Notes: generated by a model from the sequence alone, not told the origin. 64,000 bases of DNA from Candidatus Obscuribacterales bacterium (GCA_965228855.1 CBDDIJ010000003.1:256001-320000), one strand, 5' to 3'; shown: positions 10,551-19,890, counted from the first letter of the stretch. Numbers and translations are program-made.

Positions 10551-10763
10551 AAATGAAGACGGTGAGTGACCTGAAACGAGGTCACGTTGAGCCGAGGGGC
10601 AATGCGGAAACGGCAGGTTGGCGCCCAACCGGATACGACAGCAAGCAGCCCGCTAAACGTGAAGGACTAGCTGAAGCGTTTTGAAATACTGAGCCTGTGC
10701 AACAGGCAGCTAGACAGTAGCTAAAGCACCGCTGCAACGCAAGTTGGGTGGTGTTTTTGTTTT
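10551..10763 (+). ncRNA. Unrecognised structured element A, copy 2
   Basis: Repeat of A1; terminator GCACCGCTGCAAC-GCAA-GTTGGGTGGTGT-TTTT at 10726-10763. Confidence 0.75.
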
Positions 10764-10996
10764 GGAAAGTTTTTCTGAGTCACCGCTGACGGTGCGCGCC
10801 GCCAGGCGTCGCTGCTCCCGTCTCCTGGCTTGCTGAGCGCTTCTTGGCAGGCGAGACTGGATTCACGTGAGAAGGTTCGAGCAGCAATACTGGTCTGTTG
10901 TTCAATGGATGCGAGAACAACTGCGTTTCCGAAACCCTTATGGATAGCTCTTATACATGGTTCCAGAAAGATTTTCTGAAAACAAAAAAGGGGGTC

Positions 10997-11025
10997 TTCC
11001 CACACGCATGATTCGTTGATATAGT
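10997..11025 (+). promoter_or_regulatory. Sigma70-type promoter of element A copy 3
   Basis: TTCCCA-17-TATAGT, TG extended -10, upstream A-tract. Confidence 0.65.
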
Positions 11026-11028
11026 TAT

Positions 11029-11241
11029 AAATGAAGACGGTGAGCGACTTGAAATGAGGTCGCTTTGAGCCGAGGGGCAATGCGGAAACGGCAGGTTGGC
11101 GCCCAACCGGATACGACAGCAAGCAGCCCGCTTAGCGTGAAGGACTAGCTGAAGCGCTTCGAAATACTGAGCCTGTGCAACAGGCAGCTAGACGGTAGCT
11201 TAAGCACCACGGCAACGCAAGTTGAGTGGTGTTTTTGTTTT
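11029..11241 (+). ncRNA. Unrecognised structured element A, copy 3
   Basis: Repeat of A1/A2; terminator GCACCACGGCAAC-GCAA-GTTGAGTGGTGT-TTTT at 11204-11241. Confidence 0.75.
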
Positions 11242-11529
11242 GGCAGAGTTTTTTGTTCTGTGGAGTTTTCGTGTCAGCGACATTATTTGTGTCGGCGGAG
11301 TTTTCGTATCCGCGCGGACCATGTTTTGCAGAGTACTTCGTTTCTCAGTACTTATATATAGGAAGACCTTCAATCGCGTTTTTCCTCTAGACGGCCATCT
11401 ACAAGCTCATAAAATTCACTTCGATTTCCATCGCTTGGAGGGTGCTAAGATCCGCGCAGTAAGCCGGTTTTTGCCTCTAATCAGTGGCAACTTTGTATAT
11501 CTGTTTTCTATATTTTTGAGGGTAAATGA

Positions 11530-12000
11530 ATGACGGACAAGCTTCAAGTGAAAGTCGAGCGACTCGCGCACTGCAAAGAACTCCCTCGCTACGCCACCCC
11601 TGGCTCTGCCGGCATGGACCTGACCTTTGCTTCGGAAGAGCCGATCACGGTAGCGCCCGGCAAGCGCGCCAAACTCGCTACCGGTATCAAGCTTGAAATC
11701 CCGTTCGGATACGAAGCGCAGATTCGTCCCCGCTCGGGTCTGGCCGCAAAGGCGGGCATCAGCCTCACGAATTGCGTCGGCACAATCGATAGCGACTACC
11801 GCGGCGAAGTGATGGTTTTGATAATCAATCATGGCGACGAACCTTATACATTCAGTCCAGGTGAGCGTATTGCCCAGATGGTGATCGTGCCGGTTCCGGT
11901 CATCGAACTTGTTCAGGTCGAACAAGTCGCAGACACTGAGCGGGGTGAAGGCGGTTTCGGTTCGACCGGCAAAACTGCTCTTGCCGCCAACGGCGCTTAA
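11530..12000 (+). CDS. dut: dUTP diphosphatase
   Basis: GSAGMDL, IRPRSGLA, GTIDSDYRGE, RIAQMV and RGEGGFGSTG (motifs I-V). Confidence 0.97.
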   Translation: MTDKLQVKVERLAHCKELPRYATPGSAGMDLTFASEEPITVAPGKRAKLATGIKLEIPFGYEAQIRPRSGLAAKAGISLTNCVGTIDSDYRGEVMVLIINHGDEPYTFSPGERIAQMVIVPVPVIELVQVEQVADTERGEGGFGSTGKTALAANGA

Positions 12001-12096
12001 CCACGAGCGATACAAAACGTTGAACTAGTCGCGGTTTGAGTATAGGATCGTTGTTTAACGCCATTTCGGGCGAAAATCAACGAGAGGAATCCAGTC

Positions 12097-12912
12097 TTGG
12101 CAGACAGGGTGAAGGTCGCAATCGCCGGTATTAACGGCAAAATGGGGCGCGCGAGTGCCAACGCCATACTTGGCGACCCCGGTCTTGAGCTGGTCGGGGC
12201 TTTCGGTCGACCGGGCTCGTCTTACGCCGGCAAAAGCATGGTCGCCGGTTTTTCAACCGAAAACAGCGTGGCGGTTATGGTATGCGACAGTATCGAAGCC
12301 TGTTTCGAGGCGTCGAAGCCGGATGTCCTTCTTGATTTTTCCATCGCCGAACCTGCGGTCAAACACGCGACCTACGCGATCGAAAATGGAGTTCGTCCTG
12401 TCATCGGCGTTTCAGGTGTCGATCCAGCTGATGTGGAAAAACTGCGCGCGCTGGCCGTGGGAAAGAATCTGGGCGCCATGATTGTTCCAAACTTCTCCAT
12501 CGGAGCCGTGCTCATGATGGAGTTTGCCAAGACTGCCGGAAAGCACTTCGGCAATGTTGAAATTGTCGAGATGCACGGTACTAAGAAGCTGGACGCGCCC
12601 TCCGGAACGGCGATGTACACCACGCGGAAGCTCGCGGAAAACGACAGGCAGTTTAATCCTAAGGAAGTTGCGGACAGAGAATTGTTGAAAGGCGCGCGTG
12701 GCGCGGTTACCGATGCCGGCGTTCGCATTCACTCGGTGCGTCTGCCTGGTTTGATTTCTCATCAAGATGTCATCTTTGGTGCCGATGGAGAGCTTCTTTC
12801 CATAAGACATGAGAGTTTCAACACGAATTGCTTCGTCAAGGGAATCATTTTGAGCATCAAGTCAGTGATGGAAATGGATGCTCTTGTTGTCGGTTTAGAA
12901 ACTTTGTTGTGA
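12097..12912 (+). CDS. dapB: 4-hydroxy-tetrahydrodipicolinate reductase
   Basis: GINGKMGR, PNFSIG, EMHGTKKLDAPSGTA and IHSVRLPG. Confidence 0.95.
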   Translation: MADRVKVAIAGINGKMGRASANAILGDPGLELVGAFGRPGSSYAGKSMVAGFSTENSVAVMVCDSIEACFEASKPDVLLDFSIAEPAVKHATYAIENGVRPVIGVSGVDPADVEKLRALAVGKNLGAMIVPNFSIGAVLMMEFAKTAGKHFGNVEIVEMHGTKKLDAPSGTAMYTTRKLAENDRQFNPKEVADRELLKGARGAVTDAGVRIHSVRLPGLISHQDVIFGADGELLSIRHESFNTNCFVKGIILSIKSVMEMDALVVGLETLL

Positions 12913-13023
12913 GTTCGATAGTTGGCTGTAAGAATCTGAATTCATCAGTATTTGCAGAGAGTTTTTATAGTACAAATCTAGTACGAATTTGATTGGTGAA
13001 GGGGTTATCCCGGAGGAACGGAA

Positions 13024-14064
13024 ATGAAAGGCAGAGCGATGCGTGTTGCGATACTCGGAGCGACCGGTCAAGTCGGACGCGAGTTTCTTCGCATTCTCGA
13101 ACAGCGCAACGAAATGGAAATCGGCGAACTACGACTGCTGGCGAGCGCTCGCTCTGCGGGTTCGACAATGGAGTTTCGCGGCAAGAAAGTCGAAGTCGTC
13201 GAAGTGAGTGAGAAAGCATTTGAAGGCGTCGACATAGTTCTCGCCTCTGCCGGTGGTGCAATCAGCAAGCAGTGGGCGCCGGTTGCGGTAAAAGCCGGCT
13301 GCGTGTTTATCGATAATTCGAGCGCCTTCAGAATGGAAGAGGGCGTGCCGCTCGTGGTGCCGGAAGTTAATGGTCATGCGTTGAAAGACCACAAAGGTCT
13401 AATCGCGAATCCTAACTGCTCCACAGCGCAACTTGTGGTCGTTCTTAAAATATTGCACGAACTCGGCGGACTAAAGCGCGTCATAGTTTCGACCTACCAG
13501 TCCGTCAGTGGCGCCGGCAAAGAAGGAATGGATGAGCTCGATCTGCAGACCAAGGCTCTTTGCAAAGACGAACAACATGCTCCCAAAAAGTTTCAAAAAC
13601 AAATTGCCTTCAATCTCATTCCTCATATCGATTCATTTGCCGATGATGGTTACACCAAGGAAGAGCTGAAGGTCGTTAACGAGAGCAGAAAAATTCTTGA
13701 GATTCCAAATCTGCCGGTCGTATGCACTGCAGTCAGAGTGCCTGTTCGCGTAGGTCACAGCGAGTCTGTCCTCGTCGACCTGGAGAAGAAGGTGAGCGTT
13801 GCGCAAGTCCGCGAATCGCTTTCCAATTCGCCGATTGTCGAAGTTTGGGACCAACCGGAAGAAAACATCTATCCTACGCCGCTTGATTGCGCAGGCGAAG
13901 ATCCGGTTTACGTCGGCAGAATCAGACCTGACACTTCGTCGGAAAACGGAATCAATCTCTGGGTCGTCGCTGACAACTTGCGAATCGGTGCGGCACTGAA
14001 TGCGGTGCGTATTGCCGAGTACATGGTTAAGCACGATCTCGTCGGTCAAAAGGTCGCCAATTAG
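13024..14064 (+). CDS. asd: Aspartate-semialdehyde dehydrogenase
   Basis: GATGQVG, DNSSAFRM, ANPNCST, TYQSVSGAG and DNLRIGAALNA. Confidence 0.97.
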   Translation: MKGRAMRVAILGATGQVGREFLRILEQRNEMEIGELRLLASARSAGSTMEFRGKKVEVVEVSEKAFEGVDIVLASAGGAISKQWAPVAVKAGCVFIDNSSAFRMEEGVPLVVPEVNGHALKDHKGLIANPNCSTAQLVVVLKILHELGGLKRVIVSTYQSVSGAGKEGMDELDLQTKALCKDEQHAPKKFQKQIAFNLIPHIDSFADDGYTKEELKVVNESRKILEIPNLPVVCTAVRVPVRVGHSESVLVDLEKKVSVAQVRESLSNSPIVEVWDQPEENIYPTPLDCAGEDPVYVGRIRPDTSSENGINLWVVADNLRIGAALNAVRIAEYMVKHDLVGQKVAN

Positions 14065-14151
14065 CTTCATCTGGCAACGGCTCGCCACGAGCCGTTCCTG
14101 CTATGGAGCGTCGGAATCAAACTTGTCTGAATGACTTAAGGGGTAAAAATA

Positions 14152-15069
14152 GTGATTGGAACAGATGGATCGTTATACGGTCGTTTGATTACGGCGATGG
14201 TGACGCCATTCGGAGACGATGGCAAAATTGACTATAAAGCGACGGAAGCTATCGCTAACCATCTGTTTAAAACTGGATCCAGCGCGATTCTCGTCTGTGG
14301 AACTACAGGCGAGTCGCCGACCTTGAGCGACGAAGAGAAGATCGACCTGCTGAAGTGCGTGAAGTCCGTCGCCAAAGGGCGTGGAAAAGTTATCTTTGGC
14401 GCCGGAAGCAACGACACTGAAAAGTCAGCGAAGTTTGCTGCACTTGCACAGAAAGAAGGTGCAGAAGGACTGCTGATTGTCGCGCCCTATTACAACAAAC
14501 CGAATCAAGCCGGGATAGAAGCACACATAAAGAAGATTGCACAAGCATCCACACTGCCTCTGATCATCTATAACATTCCCGGGCGAACTGGCATCAACAT
14601 TTTGCCGGAAACAATCGTCCGAATCGCGGAGCAATGTTCGACCGTTCACGCTCTGAAGGATTCAACCGGAAGCACGGATCAATCTGCGGAAATCGCAGGT
14701 CGAGCGCCTGGCAACTTCCGTATCTACTCCGGCGATGACTATTTGACTTTGCCGTTTCTCTCCATTGGCGCATGTGGTGTAATTAGCGTTGCCAGCCATG
14801 TTGCGGGCGAAGCGATCTCCGGAATGATGGCGAAGTTTTTCTCGGGCGATGTCGACGGACCGCGCACCATTCAATACAAATATTTGCCTTTGTTTAAAGG
14901 TCTGTTTGCAGCACCGAATCCGGTGCCGGTTAAATACGCTTTGAGCAAGCTCAATTTGTGCAAGGAAAATGTGCGCCTTCCTCTGGTTCCGATGTCGGAG
15001 GAAGAGAAAAACGTTCTCAAACAAATCCTCAAGGACACCGGAGTTCTCGAGAATTTATCCTATGTTTAG
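14152..15069 (+). CDS. dapA: 4-hydroxy-tetrahydrodipicolinate synthase
   Basis: TAMVTPF, GTTGESPTL, PYYNKP, YNIPGRTG, LKDSTG and YSGDD. Confidence 0.97.
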   Translation: MIGTDGSLYGRLITAMVTPFGDDGKIDYKATEAIANHLFKTGSSAILVCGTTGESPTLSDEEKIDLLKCVKSVAKGRGKVIFGAGSNDTEKSAKFAALAQKEGAEGLLIVAPYYNKPNQAGIEAHIKKIAQASTLPLIIYNIPGRTGINILPETIVRIAEQCSTVHALKDSTGSTDQSAEIAGRAPGNFRIYSGDDYLTLPFLSIGACGVISVASHVAGEAISGMMAKFFSGDVDGPRTIQYKYLPLFKGLFAAPNPVPVKYALSKLNLCKENVRLPLVPMSEEEKNVLKQILKDTGVLENLSYV

Positions 15070-15078
15070 TTATTAGAA

Positions 15079-16818
15079 GTGACCATCATGACAGCACTAA
15101 AAGTAATACCACTCGGCGGACTTGGTGAAATTGGAAAAAACACCATGGTCATCGCATATGGTGACGACATGATGTTGGTCGACGCCGGTTTAGCATTTCC
15201 TTCTGAAGACATGCTCGGTGTTGATATCGTATTGCCCGACATCAACTTTCTTCTCGAAAACCGAGATAAGCTCAAGGGTCTGGCCATTACCCACGGTCAC
15301 GAAGACCACATCGGCGGCATTCCATACATTCTAAAGGAAATGCCGATTCCGGTAATCTATGGTCCGGCGCTGGCCCTTGGATTACTGGAAGGAAAGTTCA
15401 AAGAAGCCGGCTTACAAGATCGCACCACACTGCGTAGTGTCAAACCTCGTCAGCGAGTAAAAATTGGCTGCTTCGAAGTCGAGTTTGTCCGCTGCACACA
15501 CTCGATCGCCGATTCATTCAGTCTTATTATCAGGACTCCTGTTGGTGTCATTATTCACACAGGCGACTTCAAATTTGATTTCACGCCTGTTGATGGCGAA
15601 CAGTTCGATATTGCCAGTTTGGCGAACGCTGCAGAAGAAGGCGTTCTCCTGCTTATGAGCGACAGCACGAATACCGAGCGACCTGGTTTTACTCCATCCG
15701 AAAAAACTGTCTGGAATAAACTGAACGAGGTATTCGCAAACGCGCGGCAGCGCATCATCGTCACGACGTTCGCCAGCAATGTTCATCGGGTGCGGCAGGT
15801 TTTGACTGCGGCGATGAAATACAATCGCAAAGTTGCAATTCTTGGTAGGTCTATGCTCAACTTCGCTAACATTTCGCGAGAGCTAGGCTACATGAGTTTC
15901 CCGGATGGGTTGCTCATATCCGTAGACCAGGTTAATGACTATCCACCCGACTGGGTCGTAATTCTCACCACGGGCAGCCAGGGCGAACCCATGTCTGCAC
16001 TCACGCGAATAGCGAATGATGAACACAAGCGCATAAAAATAGTGCCTGGCGACACTGTCGTTATTTCGGCTACTCCGATTCCTGGTAACGAACGTTCAGT
16101 TGCAAACACCATCAACGCTCTATTCTTGAGAGGCGCCAATGTTGTTTACGGCAGAGAGTCAGGTGTTCACGTTTCCGGACACGCTTGTCGCGAAGAACAA
16201 AAGCTTATGTTGAACATTTGCAAGCCGAAGTACTTCATGCCGATTCACGGTGAATACAGAATGCTTGTAAGGCATGCCGAGCTTGGTGTCGAATGCGGTA
16301 TCGAACCCGACAATGTTTTTGTCATGGAGAACGGCGATGTCCTCGAGGTTACGAAGGATAAGGCGACTCAAACTGAGCGCATCAAAGCGGGCGTAATTCT
16401 CATCGATCAAAACAGAGAATGGCACCTGGACGAAGATATCATCGAGCAGCGAAGGCACATCGCTGACGATGGTTTGATAACAGTAGTGGTACTTCTCGAC
16501 GATGCTCACAAGATTGTTGCGGGACCTGACGTGTATATGCGGGGCGTTATTTTGCCTCGAGGTTTGCCGGCCGAGGAGTTCATCATAAAAGTGCAAGAAG
16601 AAGCGAAGCGCATTCTTTCGAATACCAAGGTGATTGAGAAGATGAACGGTCAGGACTTGACCGACTTCCTGCACGGCGCGTTGTCATGCTACTTCGAGAA
16701 TGAAATGAACAGCGAGCCGCTCGTGCTGATTCACTGCAATTTTGTTGGAGATGATGAGGGCGCTGGTAAGTCACCACTCGGTCAGACGCGACCGCTTGGA
16801 ACCGAGAAGCGTGATTAG
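15079..16818 (+). CDS. rnj: Ribonuclease J
   Basis: PLGGLGEIGKN, THGHEDHIGG, HTGDFKFD, TGSQGEP and HVSGH. Confidence 0.96.
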   Translation: MTIMTALKVIPLGGLGEIGKNTMVIAYGDDMMLVDAGLAFPSEDMLGVDIVLPDINFLLENRDKLKGLAITHGHEDHIGGIPYILKEMPIPVIYGPALALGLLEGKFKEAGLQDRTTLRSVKPRQRVKIGCFEVEFVRCTHSIADSFSLIIRTPVGVIIHTGDFKFDFTPVDGEQFDIASLANAAEEGVLLLMSDSTNTERPGFTPSEKTVWNKLNEVFANARQRIIVTTFASNVHRVRQVLTAAMKYNRKVAILGRSMLNFANISRELGYMSFPDGLLISVDQVNDYPPDWVVILTTGSQGEPMSALTRIANDEHKRIKIVPGDTVVISATPIPGNERSVANTINALFLRGANVVYGRESGVHVSGHACREEQKLMLNICKPKYFMPIHGEYRMLVRHAELGVECGIEPDNVFVMENGDVLEVTKDKATQTERIKAGVILIDQNREWHLDEDIIEQRRHIADDGLITVVVLLDDAHKIVAGPDVYMRGVILPRGLPAEEFIIKVQEEAKRILSNTKVIEKMNGQDLTDFLHGALSCYFENEMNSEPLVLIHCNFVGDDEGAGKSPLGQTRPLGTEKRD

Positions 16819-16990
16819 CGAACAAACCAACTAGATAAAGATGCGATTGAGACGCCTATTATAAAGCGGCTCTAAGCTGCGGGGCGTCCGTCGGTTGCTC
16901 GCATGGCTTTTGGAGTGGTCCTGGATATCTTTTGCTTGAAAAATTAGCGCGTGCTCATTTGTGCGCTTGTCACGGTCTAATCAAAGCCCC

Positions 16991-17027
16991 AAAGTAAAAC
17001 TTCCCCCCTGCAGATGCAAGGAGGAAG
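16991..17027 (-). terminator. Intrinsic terminator on the - strand
   Basis: On -: CTTCCTCCTTGCA-TC-TGCAGGGGGGAAG followed by TTTTACTTT; the G-U pairs work only on -. Confidence 0.7.
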
Positions 17028-17059
17028 AATTATTTGTGGTGGATTAGGTAATGAGGAAA

Positions 17060-17225
17060 CACGGCAACTGGCGGGAGATACCGCCTGCTGCCATTCAGTA
17101 ATCAAATAATAGCAGCGCTGACATCCCTCTGCCGTTAAAAAACTTGAAGAGGTGGTGACTCGAACGCCAACTACCGTCAACTAAGACTTGATTAATATTG
17201 GTGGCGGATTTGATCTGGGTGATGA
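17060..17225 (-). ncRNA. Candidate 6S RNA-like rod-shaped ncRNA (ends uncertain)
   Basis: On - it folds as a long interrupted hairpin: CCGCC/GGCGG, TAATCAAGT/ATTTGATTA, GGTAG/CTGCT, TTGGCGT/ATGTCAG, CCTCT/AGAGG and apical GTT-TTTT-AAC. The 3' GGCGGTATCTC recalls the E. coli 6S 3' GGCGGCAUCUC (recalled, not searched). Confidence 0.45.
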
Positions 17226-17394
17226 GCGCTAGCTCATAAAATGTCTCTATTAACCAGGCTGTTACCCGCGGATTCGCTTTTAGCGCAGACCGAAGTTTTT
17301 GCTGGGACCGACGCAGGTCAAGGATGCTTCTTCAAAACCTGGCAATTCCTATTGCGGCTTCCGCGCTCTTCAGCGCCTGAAGCTAACTATGATA

Positions 17395-17420
17395 AAAGCC
17401 CGCTCTTTCGAACGGGCTTT
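17395..17420. terminator. Bidirectional-type terminator downstream of sepF
   Basis: AAAGCCCG-CTCTTTCGAA-CGGGCTTT. Confidence 0.7.
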
Positions 17421-17451
17421 GAACTTTGAATGTTCGTTGAACCACCAGACC

Positions 17452-18003
17452 TTAGTGGGTTGTCGGACTCTTTGTCCAAACTGACGAACCTGCTTTATTG
17501 TCGAGAAGCGAACCGCCCGGATAGAGGAAATCGAGCGCTCCGAAATCCGCTGTGGTATCACCACTGAAACCAACTTCCGCGTGAAGCGCGGTGTCGCCTT
17601 TTTCCGCAGTGATTTTGATGTTGCTCGGGCAGAAGATATAGACTTGTTCGCTCAACTTGTGGAAATCGCCGTCCAGAGCCGCTGAGGCTCCAGCGACAAA
17701 ATCAACCAAGCGACTTGCGTCAATCTTTTTCATATTCTCCAGTGAGATAGTGGTGGCAGCGCGTCCGCGCAGGCACTCTACTATGTCAATTGCCTCTTCG
17801 AAAGAGTGTGGAGAGAAAATTGAAATTTGTGTTCCGATTCTTCCTGGCGTCTGTTGCGGTTGACGCATTGACGACATTTGCATCATTCGCCGATCGGCGA
17901 GTGCTGGGAACAAATCAACAACAGGCTGCACAGACTTTGCTCTGTTGGCAATTATCGTCTTTTCGGCTACTTCTTTATGTTCGTCCATTTTTGCCCCTGC
18001 CAA
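17452..18003 (-). CDS. sepF: Cell division protein SepF
   Basis: PHSFEEA..IVECLR...ISLENM....ASRLVDFVAGA..ALDG...KLSEQVYIFCPSNI; the true start may be ATG 17988. Confidence 0.88.
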   Translation of the reverse strand: MAGAKMDEHKEVAEKTIIANRAKSVQPVVDLFPALADRRMMQMSSMRQPQQTPGRIGTQISIFSPHSFEEAIDIVECLRGRAATTISLENMKKIDASRLVDFVAGASAALDGDFHKLSEQVYIFCPSNIKITAEKGDTALHAEVGFSGDTTADFGALDFLYPGGSLLDNKAGSSVWTKSPTTH

Positions 18004-18237
18004 TCAACAACGCATAGCGTATTCACTATACGATCCGCTCGACTCGTTTTAAATTTTTGAAGGTGCCATTCCAGATGGTGCACGGCAATAAACCAATTCT
18101 AGACAATTCGTACCATTCTGCAAGTACTGCAACAGATGTCCATGATATTCAGTGTTTCGATCAATCACCGTAGACGGTGCCTTTCGAGACTTTGTACTGA
18201 ACTAATTTCCCACGAATTTAACATTGCTTGTCTGGAT

Positions 18238-18999
18238 TTACGCATCCATTATCTGACTAACAAACATATTTGAGATAGCTTCGCAAATAAGCATGTCTTC
18301 GGGCACGGTGACTTTGATGTTATATCGATCGCTATCAACAATCCTCACGCGATGCTTGGCCTGCTCAAGAATGAAGGCATCATCCGTGGCGGCAATACCA
18401 TTGCGGGCGGCTTCCTCATGTGCGCTTAGCAGCCAGTCGAACCGTCCTGCCTGAGGGGTATGCACGGCTACCAGGTTGGCTCTGTCAATGGTCTCCGCGA
18501 CTTCGCTGCTATCTACCCGTTTAATCGTATCTGAGACTGGCAGTGCCACCGTACAGGCACCGTATTTGATGACAGCCTCGATGGTGGCATCGATTATTTT
18601 GGCGCTGATAAACGGACGTGCCGCGTCGTGAATCAGCACGTAGTCAGGAGAAGGCGTTTGTTCCTTCAAATGCTTCAAACCGCAAAATACGGATTCTTGG
18701 CGAGTTGCACCGCCGGATATTACTTCAATGCTGGCAACGAGTCTGTTAACGCCCGCGATGTTTTCCGGACGAATGTATTTTTTGATTTCGCCACGAATGT
18801 CGTCGAGCACATCCTTGTGAGAAACCACAATAATTCTGGAAACACGCTCGTTTTTGAGAAACGACAAAATGCTCCACATATATAAAGGACGGCCATTGAG
18901 AAACAAGCATTGCTTATGCTTGATACTTCCGCCTGTAGCAAAACGGCTTCCGATGCCGCCAGCTGCAATAACAACCGCGATATTTGGTTCGCTAGTCAA
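18238..18999 (-). CDS. ispD: 2-C-methyl-D-erythritol 4-phosphate cytidylyltransferase
   Basis: AAGGIGSRF, GGATRQESV, VLIHDAARPF, DTIK, TPQ, TDD and NIKVT.PED. Confidence 0.95.
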   Translation of the reverse strand: MTSEPNIAVVIAAGGIGSRFATGGSIKHKQCLFLNGRPLYMWSILSFLKNERVSRIIVVSHKDVLDDIRGEIKKYIRPENIAGVNRLVASIEVISGGATRQESVFCGLKHLKEQTPSPDYVLIHDAARPFISAKIIDATIEAVIKYGACTVALPVSDTIKRVDSSEVAETIDRANLVAVHTPQAGRFDWLLSAHEEAARNGIAATDDAFILEQAKHRVRIVDSDRYNIKVTVPEDMLICEAISNMFVSQIMDA

Positions 19000-19014
19000 A
19001 ACTTCGACCTGTGA

Positions 19015-19890
19015 TTAGCTGGTACTGGTCTCGGTGGCTGAGTTTGTTTGGGATGCAATGACATCATCGGTGGTATTGACATCGGATTTGGTGCCCGTCG
19101 ACTCTTCCGCTTCCGGCTTGCTTATTGCGGGGGTCTGTTCTACAGTTTCGCCGAGTTTGCTGATTGCTTCCGTATCAGTGTCTTCCAGAATAACTTTATT
19201 CAAATCCAAGTCTTCATCGTCTGTGGTGCTCTCAACAGCCATTCCAATCGGAGGTGTGGATGGGTCGGGTGACGCATCGAAGGTATTTGCAGCCTCGACT
19301 TTCGAGTTGGACGAATCAGCTGCTGCATCTGCAATGGCGGACTCAGAAGCGCTGTTTGCATCCCCGGCATCCCCTGCGGACAGATTGACCTCTTTTGCTA
19401 ACCCGGACATTTGCTGACGAAAGGTCTTTCCATCCTTCGAAAGTCTGAAATACTCTTGAAACTTCTTAGTTGTTGTAAGAACCGGCGAGCGACCACCATC
19501 TTCGCGTTTCATGATCAGCTCACGCTCGACGAGTTCCTTTATATGATCGTAGGCACCAGCGCCTCGGATTTTGATCACTTCCGATTGCATCACGGGTTGC
19601 TTGATGGCTATTGCCGAGAGAGTCCTGATCAAAGCGGTGGGCATGTCGATTGGAACGAACTCGTCGACCAGATTTGTATATTCGTCTTTGACTTGAATGA
19701 TATACCCGTCGTCGTCAGCAACTTCCAGCCCGCCATTGCGAGCCTCGTAGTCATTTATCAACTCGAGAATCGTCTGTCTTACGAGATTTACTTCAGCATT
19801 AACGATAACAGCGACAGCCTGGGCTTTCAGAGGTTTCTCCGTCAAGAACAAAGCTGCTTCGACTTGTGCTTTTAGCAATTCGTTGGTCAT
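19015..19890 (-). CDS. scpB: SMC-Scp complex subunit ScpB with an acidic disordered C-tail
   Basis: VEAALF, TLSAIAIKQPV, IRGAGAYDHIKELVE and TTKKFQEYF. Confidence 0.93.
   Translation of the reverse strand: MTNELLKAQVEAALFLTEKPLKAQAVAVIVNAEVNLVRQTILELINDYEARNGGLEVADDDGYIIQVKDEYTNLVDEFVPIDMPTALIRTLSAIAIKQPVMQSEVIKIRGAGAYDHIKELVERELIMKREDGGRSPVLTTTKKFQEYFRLSKDGKTFRQQMSGLAKEVNLSAGDAGDANSASESAIADAAADSSNSKVEAANTFDASPDPSTPPIGMAVESTTDDEDLDLNKVILEDTDTEAISKLGETVEQTPAISKPEAEESTGTKSDVNTTDDVIASQTNSATETSTS

Noticed and set aside
9490..11241. Array interpreted as CRISPR or as IS/MITE copies
   Set aside because: Repeats are 175-210 nt with their own promoters (and terminators for A). There are no cas genes, terminal inverted repeats, target-site duplications or transposase.
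9009..11533. ORF-track ORFs in this gap (e.g. 9009-9368, 9530-9958, 10040-10357, 10721-11122)
   Set aside because: No recognisable domains or RBS, low-complexity translations, and frames not preserved between repeat copies.
17198..17225. tRNA/tmRNA-like 3' end (AAATCCGCCACCA on -)
   Set aside because: No T-arm stem or matching acceptor 5' strand.
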